DNA of 64,000 bases from Takakia lepidozioides (taxonomy: Eukaryota; Plantae; Bryophyta), in contig CM060733.1 in the NCBI GenBank assembly GCA_030704615.1, positions 40,052,001-40,116,000 of the forward strand, read 5' to 3'. Each line of letters opens with the position of its first letter. Position 1 is the stretch's first letter. The position numbers and the translations under genes were made by a program. Below, piece by piece: positions 36,601 through 50,294 of this stretch. The notes under the pieces were generated by a model. It had not been told where the DNA came from, did not search any database, and was given only the letters and a program-made list of their open reading frames with translations.

Positions 36601-36936
36601 AATACAATAGAACCGATCCTGCATTGGTCACCACCACACCTTCACTGTGAAGCCATGAAGGCTCTTCTCGGTACCAGTCGTGGAAGAAGCACTGGCACCC
36701 ATACTGGGAAACCTGAGTGAAGACTGAACCTTGAATCCAAGAACCGAATGACCCGCCAGCCGCTGCCCGAACAAAGAGGAACTGGTGGCCTGTGTTGCAA
36801 TTGACCTGACAGACCCAGCGGCTCCCCTAGCCCTGAAGTACGAGATAGGAACTTTGGGAGACAAGGAAGCGGCAGACAAACAGAATTTGCATTGTCCCGC
36901 AGACAAGACAATGCGTTGAGAACCAATGGAGCCCAT
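33603..36936 (-). CDS. GPX: Plant glutathione peroxidase (PHGPX-like, thioredoxin-dependent type) with N-terminal transit peptide
   Basis: Six exons: ~36640-36936, 36289-36365 ([25 protein letters not shown]), 35771-35832 ([11 protein letters not shown]), 35329-35447 ([18 protein letters not shown]...FACSRF), 34243-34396 (IKWNFAKFL) and 33603-33632 (EEVKKLLGA*). Confidence 0.95.
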
Positions 36937-38222
36937 TGCCTTGCGACCAACGGTTTTTCACGGTGAACGGCTCCAGAAAACAGTCAGAGGCACAGAAATC
37001 CTTTCTACTTACAACATTCCAAAAGGATCCCACAGTTTGTGATGAAACACTTGCCACAGTCTCTCTCGTGGCACTCTCTCGCCCACAGCCACAGCAATTG
37101 CTTATCCGTGACAGAGTGCCCTTGCTGTTTCTGACCCATCTCATAAAGCTTGCCCTCTGCACTGCACATTCATCACCCAACCTCATATCCCTGCAGATTC
37201 TCGGATCCATAGAAATGAAGCCTTGAATTATGCTCCGAATCCTACCCACAGCCTCTGTATCCACATAAAATTTCATAGCTTTTCGCAATATGGATTGCAG
37301 GATTGTAACGTTTTTTGGGCTTCAAATTGGATCAGTGAACTTGCAGTGTTAGTAGAGGTCCTGAAAACTTCACAACTCCTATCATTTTGTCTAACTGGGT
37401 AATATTGGGCAGCTATCCCTAAAATTTCCAGAAGTTTTGGAAGTTCTTGGACTCTTCTGTTGAGGAGATCATTCTGGGCATCACAGTGTAACCCCCATTC
37501 GGGACATAGATTAACACAGAAGAATATCCGTCCATGGGCTGCAAGCTGGCACCCTTGAGATTTGGGATGCCACAGCAACCCTCTGTATGTGGACTCATCC
37601 ACTGCCCTTTTTGTAGGCTGTACAATACCTTCCTTGGGTTGCAAGATTTGACAATAAATATAGAAGGATGCCAGACCACTTGAGTCTAGACTTAAGTGGA
37701 AGAACGAGTTGCATATAGCAATAAAAGATTTAATAGTCTATCTTTATATTTTAATCATTTTTTAGTTATTTTTAGTATTCATCTTTTTTTCTTTTTTTTA
37801 AATGAATCCCTGGTTACTTTATTGATAATTATTGTGGGGAAAAAAATTAAAACCCCGTTGTCGCCATAAGGCACACACACCGTATTCAGTGTATTAAGAG
37901 CCAATCATCTCTTGATGGAGATTAAGTCTGGAGAACAAAATACCGTGCCACTACTGATGGACACTTACACAAATATCCGTGATCCATGAGCCAAACACCT
38001 CCGGTTGGAGGAAAGTCCAAGAGACCAAAGAGTAGGGCTCTCTGCCCAAGACCTAAATCTTAACAACGCATACCCTACCCTGTCTACGATGACGCAGGGA
38101 GAGCGATGTCGAGAAAGAGTAAGAAGATCTTTGAATAAGGGGGGGCTGAGAGAGAGATCTATCTATAGTGCAGCTTAGAAGCAGTCGATGAAGGTTTTTG
38201 ATGTTACCAGTTAATGTCCCGT

Positions 38223-41200
38223 TCAAACTCCGGGGAAAGAGTGGAGTGGTACACGAAGATCTCGCCAGGCTTGAGGGGGGAGCTCGTTCCAGCTGCATTG
38301 GTCTTGCACAGGGCTGCTGCATATGAGGCCCTGTCTGCCCCAGGTGTGTTGAAACTTCCCGTGGAGCGCAGCTGCATTCATGGCGTCACGTTCAATGTCT
38401 GCACAGAGTTTCCCCCATGCTTTCCTAGCCTCAGTTTGTAAGTCCCAAAATACAGTGGCAAGGAGAGAGGATGTTGTTGTTGTGTGGCCTTGGAAAGTGT
38501 TCTTACAACGTAGTTTCCATAAGTGCCACATCGTAGAGGCTCTGAGGGTTTCAAACACTGGGCAATTTAGGGTTCTATTCTTGGAAGTTGGGTCATAGTT
38601 AAGAAGGAGGTCTGTATCCGTGAGCTGTCTTATGTCCCAATATCTATAGAATGACTTAACATATGGCCAGATTTTGGCTGGTGCTTGACATGAGAGAAGA
38701 CAATGTTCGATGGATTCCAATACTGCAGTGGAACAACAAGCACATAAGAGGGCTCCCTGAAACTGTAGGCATTCCCCCTCTTTGAGAATTCTATTAACAA
38801 CCTGCCAAAGGAAAGCTGCTATCTTTGATGGCCTGGTTTTGATCCACACTGAGCCCCAAATGATTTTCCAGTTTTCATCGTGGAAGTTGTAGAGCCCCCA
38901 TTTTGATTTCCATTTCTTGTTCATGGGTTGGGTGATTGACAGGGCTTTGTAGCCCTTTTTTGTTGTGTATGCAAAGAAGGGGTCTGGGGTGGTGTTGAAT
39001 TTCCATAACCATTAAAAAGGGTCAATATCCAATTCTGCCAGTGGTCTACCCAAAATCCATACAAAGGAGTTGATTGCTAGCCAAGCTCTAGTGGTGATAG
39101 TGAGGGGTGGCTGGGGATTCATACCCTTATCTGTGGCTGTCCAGCAGCAGACACGGATTGGGGTGGGAGGCATAATTTGGATTGTCAAAGGTTCTGTAGA
39201 GGTAAGTGTGAGTCTTAGGGAGGTGGTGGTGATGGCGAATGTGAAAACAACAATGTCATTTATGGATATGTCATCTACAAAAACAATGGTAAGCTGGTTG
39301 TGAAGTATGATGAGTGCCCAGGATTTTGGGACTGGTTTCGGAGGGCCTACGGAAAGGGTGGCCAACCACTGCACTGGTACATATTGAACAAGTTGTTGGT
39401 GGCCTTTTGTGGCCCTTGCAGCGAGGCCTACAGCCTGAGCCATAGATTGTAGAGATAATCCCTGACCATATGTTCTGAATTTGTCTGATGCCAAGGCAGT
39501 CCCATTTGGACCACCTTTTTGCCTGGTTTTTCTGAGAAGGGGTCAGAGGAGTGTCGTTTAGAAACAAGTGTTGTCTCTTATTAACTTCATAGAAGGTACT
39601 TGGCTGGGCTTTTACAAGCAATTTCCTTAGCCGCCCCCAGGCTGACCAGATGTTAGACCATAGAGCGGATCCCACTGTCTTCAGATTAAATCCTTGAGTG
39701 AGCCAACGTAGGGAGGGGCTCCATGGGGTAGTCTTGAGAGGGGAGGATTTTGTAATGTGGTCATAGACCAAGAATTTCCACCATCCCCCCTCCGGCCCTA
39801 GAAACCTGGGTATCCATTTGCCAAGAAGAGCTACAATCTATGTTTCTGGATCGAGTATCCCTAACCCCCCTTTTTTTTTGGGTAAACGAATTTGGGCCCA
39901 GGCTACAAGTGGTCGTTTGTTTTGGGATGAGGTCTCGGCTCCCCAGACAAAGTTCCTAAGCAGGCGCTTGATTTCCTGAATCTGTTTAGAGCTTGGGCGC
40001 CAGGAAGAAGCATAATACCATAATCCAGCTGAATGAATCTGATTAGCAACAAGGGCTCTACCTGTAATTGAGAGATGTTTTGAACCCCAATAAGTCAGTT
40101 TCCTCTTCAAGTTGGTCATTGTGGCAGCAAAAATCTGTTGGTCTGTCAGACCAATTCCATATGTGTAGCCCAGTAGTGTGGTGGTCTCCCCAGGTTTGAG
40201 CCACCTTAGCCCTTGATCCATTCCCCATGCAGGCGGGGATCCCATTGTGGATTTTGAGAGGTTCCCTACTAGCAAACCTGAAGTCTTATTCCAGTTTACT
40301 TTGAATCCAGATGATGCACAAAACTTGTTCAAGGTAAACCCTGCTTGGTCCAAGTTTTCCGGGGTGGCTTGCAACATTAAAAAGGTATCATCAACGAACA
40401 TTGAGTCCACCAAGAAATTGTACTGCCTGGTAATGTAGTTAGTGACCCTGAGGCCCTTTATAAACTGATTTTGTTGTAGCATGTAGCCGAGTGTATCTGC
40501 CACCACCAAAAACAGGAAAGGTGAGAAGGGGCACCCTTGCCTCACTGAGTGCTGCAGAGGGAGATAAATGGCCATTGATTGAGACTCTGCTAGATGCATC
40601 GGTGAGTAATATCCTGACCCATTTGCAAAAGGATTGGGGAAAACCCAATTTGGCCAGGACTGCCAGCAGGTATGACCATTCAACACGATCGAAAGCCTTC
40701 TCAAAGTCTAAAAGGAGGAGGGCAATAGCTTGGTTTGTTCTAGCCACGAAGTCTGGAATTTCCTGGGCTAGAAGGAGGTTATCCAGTATGTATCTACCCT
40801 TGATAAACCCTGTTTGATTTGGCCTAATTATAGTTGCGAGTAGAGGTTGCAATCTAAGGGCCAGTGCCTTCGCCACTATCTTGTAGGCTACATTGATGAG
40901 GGTTATGGGCCGATAATTCGATATGTTTGTTCTATCACCCTTTTTATAGAGTAAGGTTATAACTCTTTATGTCATAATTGTGGGCATGTGTCCCCGTTGA
41001 AACACGTGGTTTGCCATTGCAGTGAAATCCCTAGAGATTTCCGGCCACAATGCTTTGTAAAATTCCACCGATAAACCGTCTACGCCTGGGGATTTATTGT
41101 TCTGAAGTTTCGATAATGCTTCACCCAGCTCTATATCTGTGAACTCACCTTCTAATTGGGAGGCGAACTGGTGGGACAGCAGGGGAGGGGTGTGTATCAA

Positions 41201-42532
41201 ACAGGATGTTTGTTCTTCTGTTGGTTGCAGGGAGTCGAGGTCACTAAGAAAAAAATTATGGAAGTGCCTGCCAGCCAGCATGGCCATGGCCTTTGGTGTA
41301 GAAGTTGAAGTACCTGATGGCTGTTCAATGAGCTCAGAAATTGTTTGAGAAGCACGTCTCAATCTTGTTTTGTCGAAAAAATATTTATTCATTTTTTCTC
41401 CTTTTGTGGACCAGTTGACACCCGCCTGCAATTTCCACTTCCTCTCCTAGATTTTGTGATGAATGTCAAGGTTGTTTCTGGCTTGGACATATGTACGGTA
41501 TGTGTCTTCGTCACAACGAGTGGATTCTATTTTCGATTGACAAACTTTGAGGCATTTGTTTAAGGCTATGACCTTCCTCTTCCTGATGCTTGCTAGTTCC
41601 TAACTCATCCTCTGACTTTCAATATTGACAGCCTTCAGCTTGGCCAGGAAGAGATGCGTAGGGTTCAGGAGGTCACTTCCCGCCTGAGTCCAAACCCTTA
41701 GCAGACCTTGCTTGAAGCTTGGCAGCTTAAGGAGGAGGTTATTTATTTTGTAAAGGCCTCTACCCCTTCTGTAAGAGTCTGGTAGGGTTATGGAGAGGGT
41801 AATTGGTGCAGGGTCAAAGCATAAGGGTATTGGTTCTTGAGGGGCTCTCTTAGCATATTGAACTAAGTCAAGGGAAAGGTAAGCTCTATCAAGACGAGCC
41901 ATACTTAGATCTGCTAGAGAGCGGTTATTGGACCAGATAAAGGTGATGTTTGATGACTGTCCAAAGATTGGTACTGCTTCTGTGAGGTTGTGTGTTTGCA
42001 TGCAATTGAACCACTGGTCCATTTCTTCTGGGTTTGAGGTAAATAACCCCGCGCCTCTTCTATCCTCTTGCATCTCCACCATATTAAAATCTCCGGACAA
42101 TATCCAACTATCTATTGAAGGTTGTTCCTTCATTTTTGTGTTGAGAGTGTTCCAAAATTCTGCTCTGTCAGTAGAATCGTTCACCAGCCCAATCGGACCT
42201 GTTGAGTTGGGTAGGGCTAAGGCACAAAATTGCAATCTTCCAGGAAGCCAGGTGTCCTGCGTAGTGAGGAACGGTTGAATGGTAGGAGAAAGAAGTATTG
42301 CAGTACCTCCTTTCGTACCCGTGGAAGTGGGTTTCCACAAGGAGTTAGCTAATGGCCATAGAAAATCAGTGAGGCTATCTATTTTCCCTTAATCTAGTTT
42401 ATGCTCCTGCAGGAATATGATGGAATGATTTGCAAGGAAGGGAGTCAGTCAGGTTTTGATTTTCAGCCTTTTTAGAGAAGTTGGGTCTGCTCCCAACCCT
42501 CTTATATTCCATGAATGGAGGTTAAAGATCAT
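38223..42532 (-). pseudogene. LINE ORF2: APE endonuclease, reverse transcriptase and zf-RVT
   Basis: SWNIRGLG, GDFNMVE and ARLDRAY (endonuclease); KSPGVDG, QTGFIKGR, DFEKAFDRV, RQGCP.SP and FVDDT (RT); CACC...ESIEHCLLSC (zf-RVT). Many frameshifts. Confidence 0.93.
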
Positions 42533-42539
42533 TGGCAGG

Positions 42540-45108
42540 TCAAGGTAGGCTGAGGCTGACAATCTCATTTGATAGCCTAGAAGTGTGATAGAAGAATTTA
42601 ACCCTACTGTCTCTTGGTCGCAGGGAATTTTTCCAGACATAATTGTCCGGGGGCTTGCGAGTTTTATTCTGGATGAGTATGAAAACCCCTCTTGGTTTTG
42701 TGTTTTTGGGTAGGTCATGGGATGAAAGGAATTGTTCTGTAGACACTATGGAGATGGTTACAGATAAAACCGAGGCTTCAGTCGGGAAGAACATCGCATT
42801 GAAAAGATCGTTAAAACCAGGGTATCTCTCACTAATTGAGCCATCGGAGGGAAGAGTTCCAGATGGTATGTTTTCTGGCAAATCAAACACTGGTAGCCTG
42901 TGTTTGACCTGTTTCCCCCCCACGTATTTCTCTTTCTCACATAACATCCAGCATCTAGCAAGGTTCCTAGATAAGACCTGATAAATGAAACAGGGTGAGA
43001 GAGAGGATGGTACCTTGTTTGGGGACGGTGGAGAGGAGGGAGTTAAGACCTTGGGTGGAGAAGTCACTTGAGAGTTTGGCAGCGAGTTAGCCTGGGTTGT
43101 GTCAATGATTGTTGGGGAGGAAACTTGTTTGGCTCCTTTCACCGAGTCCATCATGTTGTGATTCTGCCATTAATATGATCTCTTGTCCTTTGAACCTCCA
43201 TTCTGTAATTTTCCCCATCCACTTCAGAGTCCAAGTGGGCTCCCAGCAACTGAAACCCATTTACCAGGGTATCCTGGTTTCGAATTGCAAACTATGACTC
43301 CCTCCGGGGGCTGAGAGTAGGTCCTCATAAGTCCAGATAGCCTCTATCGGTGGAGGCGAGGCATAAATTTCTGCATCCTCCATGAGAGCTAGAATGTGGG
43401 TTGAAGGTTTGACACTAAGTCCATGATAGTCTTCCATGTATGCCCCCCATGAGATTTTGGTGAGGGGTGAAAGTGAATAATGTTTTTTGTTGCTTGAGGA
43501 AGAATTGCTGAATTTTTCCCTTGAACAGAATTTGCGAATTGGTATTGGGTGGGTTGGTTTGCAGGAAATGCTTGAGATCTGCTGATGTTATCCATAATGA
43601 ATCGACCGTTTCCTAGTCGTCCGATGTAATGAGGATAGCCAGGGGTCTGCTTTTTCAAAAGATCAAGGGTGTCACACATGCTACCTTCGGGGAGTCGACA
43701 ATATCCAGTGCTGAGCATCCCACCAGGTTTAGGTGTGGGAATGAACCGATTTGGAGACAGTTGTTAGCAAACCGGGAATTACAAGCGATTCCAGTGGTGA
43801 TTTTGGGGAAGGAGTTATTAGTAGGGAGGGTCAATTTGACCACTCTTGGGGGTGAGCTACCCTGATTCTTTCCTTTACCATGGCCGATAGATGCCCCCTG
43901 CTGCTGTGTTTCCGTAAGTTTCCCTTTCCTTTTTGTGATGGGCATTCATCTGTTGCTGGTGGGCCATCAGCTCTTCTTGCATCGGATCCTTGGGTATCTC
44001 CTCCCTTTCCGGGGCTTTGCCATGATCTGAGCTGTAGAGGGTCATTTGGTGTTTTGTGCCGGGTTTGTTGCCCTCCTGGAATTGTTGCAGGGCCGGGTTG
44101 TGGTGTGGGAGACTGTAATTCCTGCCAGTGCTCCGCTGTTGATTCTGGCCCCCCTCCTTATTCATGTCTCCGTGGTTTGGATGGGGTCATGGGCTGGGTT
44201 CGCTTGCACATGGCTGCCAGGCAGTCGATTCTGAGATGTCCCAACTAGTTGAAGCAAGCCACATAGGTGGTATCCTCTATGAGTTGGATTGTAAAGTAAT
44301 TGCCCTCCTCATCTATTGGCAGTTTGACAAATTGCGGGAGAATATCCTCATCCGGCATCATCAAGACAAATTTGGCATTTCCAGTTTCATGACGTCAGGA
44401 AGCAATAGTTACTGATTTTCATGCTGGGTCCTGTCTTAGGTTGTGTGTGCACATTTGGGGGTCAAAGACAGCCAAGCATCCAAGATAAGACCCGAAATGG
44501 TTTGCAATGTCTACCAAGTTCACCAAGTACTGATCTGGGATCTTTGGGACTGAGACGATGCGGGGGCCCCACAGCTTTCCATTCTTGTTCCCCATCCTAG
44601 GATACCATGGAAATATGTTGACATTAAACCCCCTGGTATGAGGGTTAAACAGCAAAGCCTCATTAACAGCCTCTTTTGTTTCGAAGATGATAGAGAAAAA
44701 CCCCCTTCCTTTGGCATGGCAGAACAGCTGCCTCAGTTCTCCATTACCTCCAAGGTGTCTGATGGCCCAATCCCTGACTGTTGCCCTATCCATTTTTTTC
44801 CTCGGAAAGTGAATGAGGATATATGTCTCTTCCATTGTTGTGACTCTCCTTTGCAGTTCCGAGATGTTCATGTTGATCATGGGGTAGTCCTTGTCCAGAT
44901 CATCTTGATTAAGAGCGCTCTCTTCCTCCCAGTCTACTGGTGGTTCCTCCAAAATTGGAGGGTTCGGAAAGTTTGGAATGAAGGAGTTTAACCTGGGCAT
45001 TTTGAGAAGTGGTTGGGGATGGGAGAGAGGGTTGGTGGGAATGGGAGGGGAGGGATGTCTTACTGAACCACTGGCAGAAGCTATCCTGGATCGAGCTTGG
45101 TGTGCCAT
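42540..45108 (-). pseudogene. LINE ORF1 (DUF4283/RRM-like + degenerate zinc knuckle + long C-terminal region)
   Basis: GRGFFSIIFETKEAVNEAL...NIFPWYP...IANHFGSYLG; degenerate knuckle CFN*LGHLRIDC near 44220-44260. Confidence 0.75.
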
Positions 45109-46279
45109 AAAGAAGCCCGTACCAGACGACAGGGTGGGTCTTGTGTGCTGACTCTGCTGCCCTCTGGTGTTCCCCCGAGTCGCCTACTTCTCATTGTTAC
45201 GCAGCTGGTTGCTTCTGGGGGCCATAGTTAGCAAAACAGAAAGCGTTTAAGGACTCCGCTGGTTGTAAGAGATATGGATCTTAAGAGAGGGGTTGGGGGA
45301 AAAAGTAGAGGAGGGGGGTATAGGCGGGAAACGTCACTGTAGAAAGCGAACGGTTTAGAAGCTAAAGACGGCTGTGGTGGGAGGATTAGGGATGATACAG
45401 GTAGCGAAGATGGAGATGAACGGGAGCAAGATGTTAGGATGAACACTGTAGAAGAAAGTATTGAAAGAGAACCAAACAAAAACTTGTAATATGCATATCA
45501 TTTGAAAGCTAAGCTTGGGAGTATTTGCTATTTGGTGTAAGTAAAGCAAGCAGGAAGTCGATAGGATCTTATAGATGACCGTTGGAGGTTGTCTCGCAGC
45601 TCCGCCATCGCGCCTCCCCCCTTTCTGTACATCCATCTTTTTGTCATAACCTAAACTTATTAGAATCATTAAAAGTTATATTACCGTACGAATTAAATTA
45701 ACACATATTTATTATTAAAAATAATAGAACATTATTCAAAATTTAACTTTTATACAACCAGTCACTTGTAACTACACAATGCTCTTAAACATGTAAAATC
45801 AAGTATGTTATATATATATGTGTGTATATATATATTCAAAGTTCTATCACACAACATTCAGTCTCACTTTCATTTTCTAAACATCTAAAGATCGGACATG
45901 TAACAATCTGATTCTAAGTACTTCAATCTATTTTTTTCTTTCTACTGTAATTAATTAAGAGAGTCGGACTATAGGCAACATTGTCAAAAACTGCGGAAGA
46001 TGTACAGAAAAGTTGGAAGAGGCTAAGCGAGATCATGAGAGACTTGAAAACTCTAAAAGAAAAGAATATTTCCTAAGGGAAATAGAAAAAATATAAACTA
46101 CTATAATAAAAGTATCAACTTTGGTCATTATATTTATGAATCACATACACTATTTATTGGTATGTACCGACAAAATTGGTAGGTTGTCATCATTTATTAT
46201 AATTAAAACAAAACATGACAACCTTTTTTGAAATAAACCTTTACGTGTTAGTACCTATATTAAAAATAGAAAACTAGTA

Positions 46280-47765
46280 AGATGTATATTATTATTTATA
46301 ACTGCCCTTAGGACTCCTTAGGATTGCCACCCTAAGGAGTCCTAAGAGAGGGAAAATAGAAATATATAAATTATTAATTATAATTGCCCTTAGGACTCCT
46401 TAGGCCGGCCCTAAGGAGTTTAAAAAGGGGAAATGAAAACATATATATTATTATTTATAATTACCCTTAGGACTTCTTAGGACAGTCCTAAAGAGCCCTA
46501 AGAGGAAAAAAATGGAAAGACATAAATATTTGCCCTTAAGACCCATTTAGGCAGTCTAAGGGGTTATAAGAGAGGGACATTGGAAACATATAGATTATTA
46601 TCTATAATTGCCCTTAGTAAGAAGGGAAAAATTTAAAAATATAAATTATTATTTATAATTGCCCTGGGGACTCCTAAGGAGTCCTAAGAGGGGGAAAATG
46701 GAAACATGTAAATTATAGGAAAATAAAAACATATACATTATTATTTACAATTACCCTTAGGACTTCTTAGGATAGTCCGAAGGAGTCCTAAGAGGAGAAA
46801 AATGGAAAGACATAAATAATTGCCCTTAAGACCCGTTTACGCAACCTAAGGAGTTATAAGAGGGGGAAAATGGAACATATAATTATTATCTATAATTTCC
46901 CTTAGGACTTTTTAGGACTGCCCTAAAGAGTCATAAGAGGGGAAAATAAAAATATATAAATTATTATTATAATTGCCCTTAGGACTCCGTAGGGCAGCCC
47001 TAAGGAGTCCTAAGTAAAGGGAAAAATGAAAATACGATTATTATTTATAATTATCCTTAGGGCTTCTTAGGACAATCCTAAGGAGTCCAAAGAGGAGAAA
47101 AATAGAAAGACATAAATAATTGTCCTTAAGACCCGGCAGCCTAAAGGGTTATAAGAGGGGGAAAATAGAAACGTATAAATTATTATTTATAATTACCCTT
47201 AGGGTTTCAAAGGACAGTCCTAAGGAGTCATAAGAGGAAAAAAATGGAAAGACATAAATATTTGCCCTTAAGACCAGTTTAGGCAGCCTAAGGGGTTATA
47301 AGAGAGGGAGAATGGAAACGTATAAATTATTATCTATAATTGCCTAAGAAGGAAAAAATTGAAAGATGTAAATTATTATTTATAATTGCCCTTAGGACTC
47401 CTTAGGGCGGCCCTAAGAAATCCTAAGGAGTCCTAAGAGGGGAAAAATGGAAATATATAAATTATAGGAAAATAAAATATATTACTATTATTATTTATAA
47501 TTACCCTTAGGACTTCTTAGGATAGTCCTAAGGAGTCCTAAGAGGAGAAAAATGGAAAGACATAAATAATTTCCATTAAGACCCGTTTAGGCAACCTAAG
47601 GAGTTATAAGAGGGGGAAAATGGAACATATAATTATTATCTATAATTGCCCTTAGGACTCCATAGGATTGCCCTAAGGTGTCCTAAAAGGGGAAAATGGA
47701 ATATATAAATTGTTATTTTTTATTGCTCTTACGACTCCTTAGGGCGGCCCTAAGAAGTCCTAAGG
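46280..47765. repeat. Array of ~20 palindromic units (~65-75 bp): CTTAGGACTCCTTAGG-N5-CCTAAGGAGTCCTAAG
   Basis: Read directly. Bracketed by a ~180-bp direct repeat (46090-46270 ~ 47795-48000). Confidence 0.92.
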
Positions 47766-48089
47766 GGAAAGAAAAAAGAAAAAAAAGAAAGAAAAAAAAC
47801 TATAATAAATATATCAACTTTGATCATTACATTTAAGAATCACGTGTACTATTTATTGGTATGTACCGACAAAATTTGTAGGTGACACCATTTATTACAA
47901 TCAAAACAAGATTTTGTCATCGATAGACGTTCATACAGCTATTTGTAAAGCACCGACATCCATTTTTAAATAAATCTCCATGAGTTATTACCTATTCAAA
48001 AAGTGTGTGGGATAAGGTTAATAAATAGTAACTTTTCATTCTGTTTTCATCCAATTATTTTATTTTTCATTCATTCTTTTTAGATTGTA

Positions 48090-49100
48090 CCTCATTTTTT
48101 TCCCTATAAGTATAGAAAACGAGGATCATTTTCTTCTCTTTCTTCCATAAGTTGTTTGGAGACAATAGAACTATCTCTCAGTTTAGAATAGAACTTTATC
48201 TTCTTTTTTCTCTTTTATTCTGTTGTCTTTTTTTTCCTTTGAAAACTCTATAAGTATGTAGAACGAGGATCATTTCCTTCACTTTCTTCTGCAAGCAAGC
48301 TTTTTGTATAGAATAGAATTGTCTCTCAGTTCTGCTCTTTTGCAATCGTTTGTGTTTCTTCTTTACTTCTATTGTTTGTTTATGTTTCTTTGTTCTTTCG
48401 GTTCTGTGGCAAAATAGAACTATCTCTTAGTTCTTCTCAATAGCCTTCATTTGTTTTTTGCTTTCACTTTCTGTTCTTTGTTTATGTTTCTTTCTGATCT
48501 CTGTTCTTTGTATTTCTGTGTGAGTTGTTCAGCGGAATAGAACTTTCTATTCGTTCTTTGTCTTTCGTTTTGTTTTCTTTCCTCTTTGTTTGTGTTTCTT
48601 CTTTGCTTTTGTTGTTTGTTTATGTTGCTGTGTTTTTTCGGTTCTATGGCAAAATGAACTGTCTCCTAGTTCTAATTCTGAGTAGCCTTCATTTGTTTTT
48701 TTCCTTCGTTTTCTGTTCTTTGTTTATGTTTCTTTCCGATCTTTATTCTTTGTATTTCTGTGTGAATTGTACAGCAAAATAGAACTTTATATTCTTTCTT
48801 TCTTTTCGTTTTTTCTCTTTCGTTTTGTTTCTTTCCTCTTCGTTTGTCTTTCTTCTTTGCTTCTGTTGTTTGTTTATGTTTCTTTGTTCTTTCAAGACTG
48901 TGGCAAAATAGAATTGTCTCCTAGTTCTTCTGAGTAGCCTTCATTTTGTTTTTTCTTTCACTTTCTGTCTTTGTTTATGTTTCTTTTTTATCTTCTTTGT
49001 ATTTTTGTGTGAGTTGCTCAGTGGAATAGAACTTTCCCTTCTTTCTTTCTCTTCGTTTTTTCTCTTCGTTCTTTCTCTTTTGTTTTGTTTTGTTTTCTTC
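48090..49100. repeat. T/C-rich strand-biased degenerate tandem repeat (unit ~240-250 bp)
   Basis: GGCAAAATAGAA..TCTC..AGTTCT..AGTAGCCTTCATTT recurs near 48410, 48650 and 48900. Confidence 0.8.
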
Positions 49101-50294
49101 TAACATATCAGACACACTATCAGATAACTACCAAAAACACTATCTTATATTTCCAAGAAATCATCAAAATTCCTTACACTGTGATTATGCCACTTGAATG
49201 TTACATCATAATCTATAATATATATGATATTCAAGCATGATATCAGTATAGTATATACAACTTACAGATTATAAATATTTAATTATAATCAGAATTATAT
49301 ATATAGTATAAATAAGTGTATGAAAAACGAATATTTATATTATATTAAAAAAATTAATAATAAATTAGTGTATTTTAAAATCTAGCTATAACCTAACAAC
49401 ATCGCTATATAAATCAAACTATCATTCTATCCATCAACTAGTCAATTATCATTCCGTCCATTATCATAAATCAATCATTATCAGTTACAATCATGTGTTA
49501 TTTTTACTTATTACATAATTATTTATTCATATCACTTTATATCTTATCATTACATTTTATATTTCAAATTTAAAATCTTAAATATTTATATTATTTATAT
49601 AAATGAACATACTAAGATATTTATTTAAAAGAACTATATTTATTTATTTATTTATTTAATCATAATGATGTATATTATATATATTATAAATATAAATATA
49701 TTATCAATTTATGTCATGCTTTCAATGTCAGATTCATCATTCCAATTTAAATCTAATCAATCAAGTTATCTATCATATTACATCTCAAAAACTTCAAGTA
49801 TTTTAAATATATTATTTATATTAACGAATTTATTTAATGAATAATAATTTTAAATAAAATGTATATATAATAATATAATATGTATTCAATAATTTAAATA
49901 TAAATCAATATATAATGTATAATGTATAATACTATATTGTATCACAATTCCAACCTCAGATTTCATCATGTCAATAAATTCAAAATCCATTCAATCAAAT
50001 TGTTTATCATGTTACATTTCAAAATCTCCAATTTGTTTTTAACCTTTATGGTTAATCTTTAAGGCCTTTGGGCCATAATTTTGTATGCTATAATGGATAG
50101 CTATAAGGGTTCGAATCCCTATACAAATTTTTTTTTTTTTGTGAAAACCAGGGCTGAAACCAGTCCAATCTGATATAGGAGTTCATATTCGTATATTGTA
50201 TAATGTGTATATATCTATATGTGTACAACAAATATGGCATGTATAATATTGATCGTAATCTGATATACCAATTGTGAATGTGTTGTTTTTTTAA

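Larger units (their letters stand above)
37789..45633 (-). mobile_element. L1-clade non-LTR retrotransposon (LINE), near full length, decayed
   Basis: Contains ORF1 and ORF2. T-rich tail at 37784-37799; candidate TSD CATCTTTTT at 37780-37788 and 45634-45642. Confidence 0.9.

Noticed and set aside
37677-37698. 22-bp near-palindrome CACTTGAGTCTAGACTTAAGTG just before the AT-rich/LINE boundary
   Set aside because: Single occurrence with no matching partner end or TSD found; cannot be assigned as a Helitron or CACTA terminus.
46280-47765. Palindromic repeats with spacers resembling a CRISPR array (also 50295-51060 and 10960-11730)
   Set aside because: The spacers are themselves repeated and degenerate, no cas genes are present, and the context is eukaryotic.
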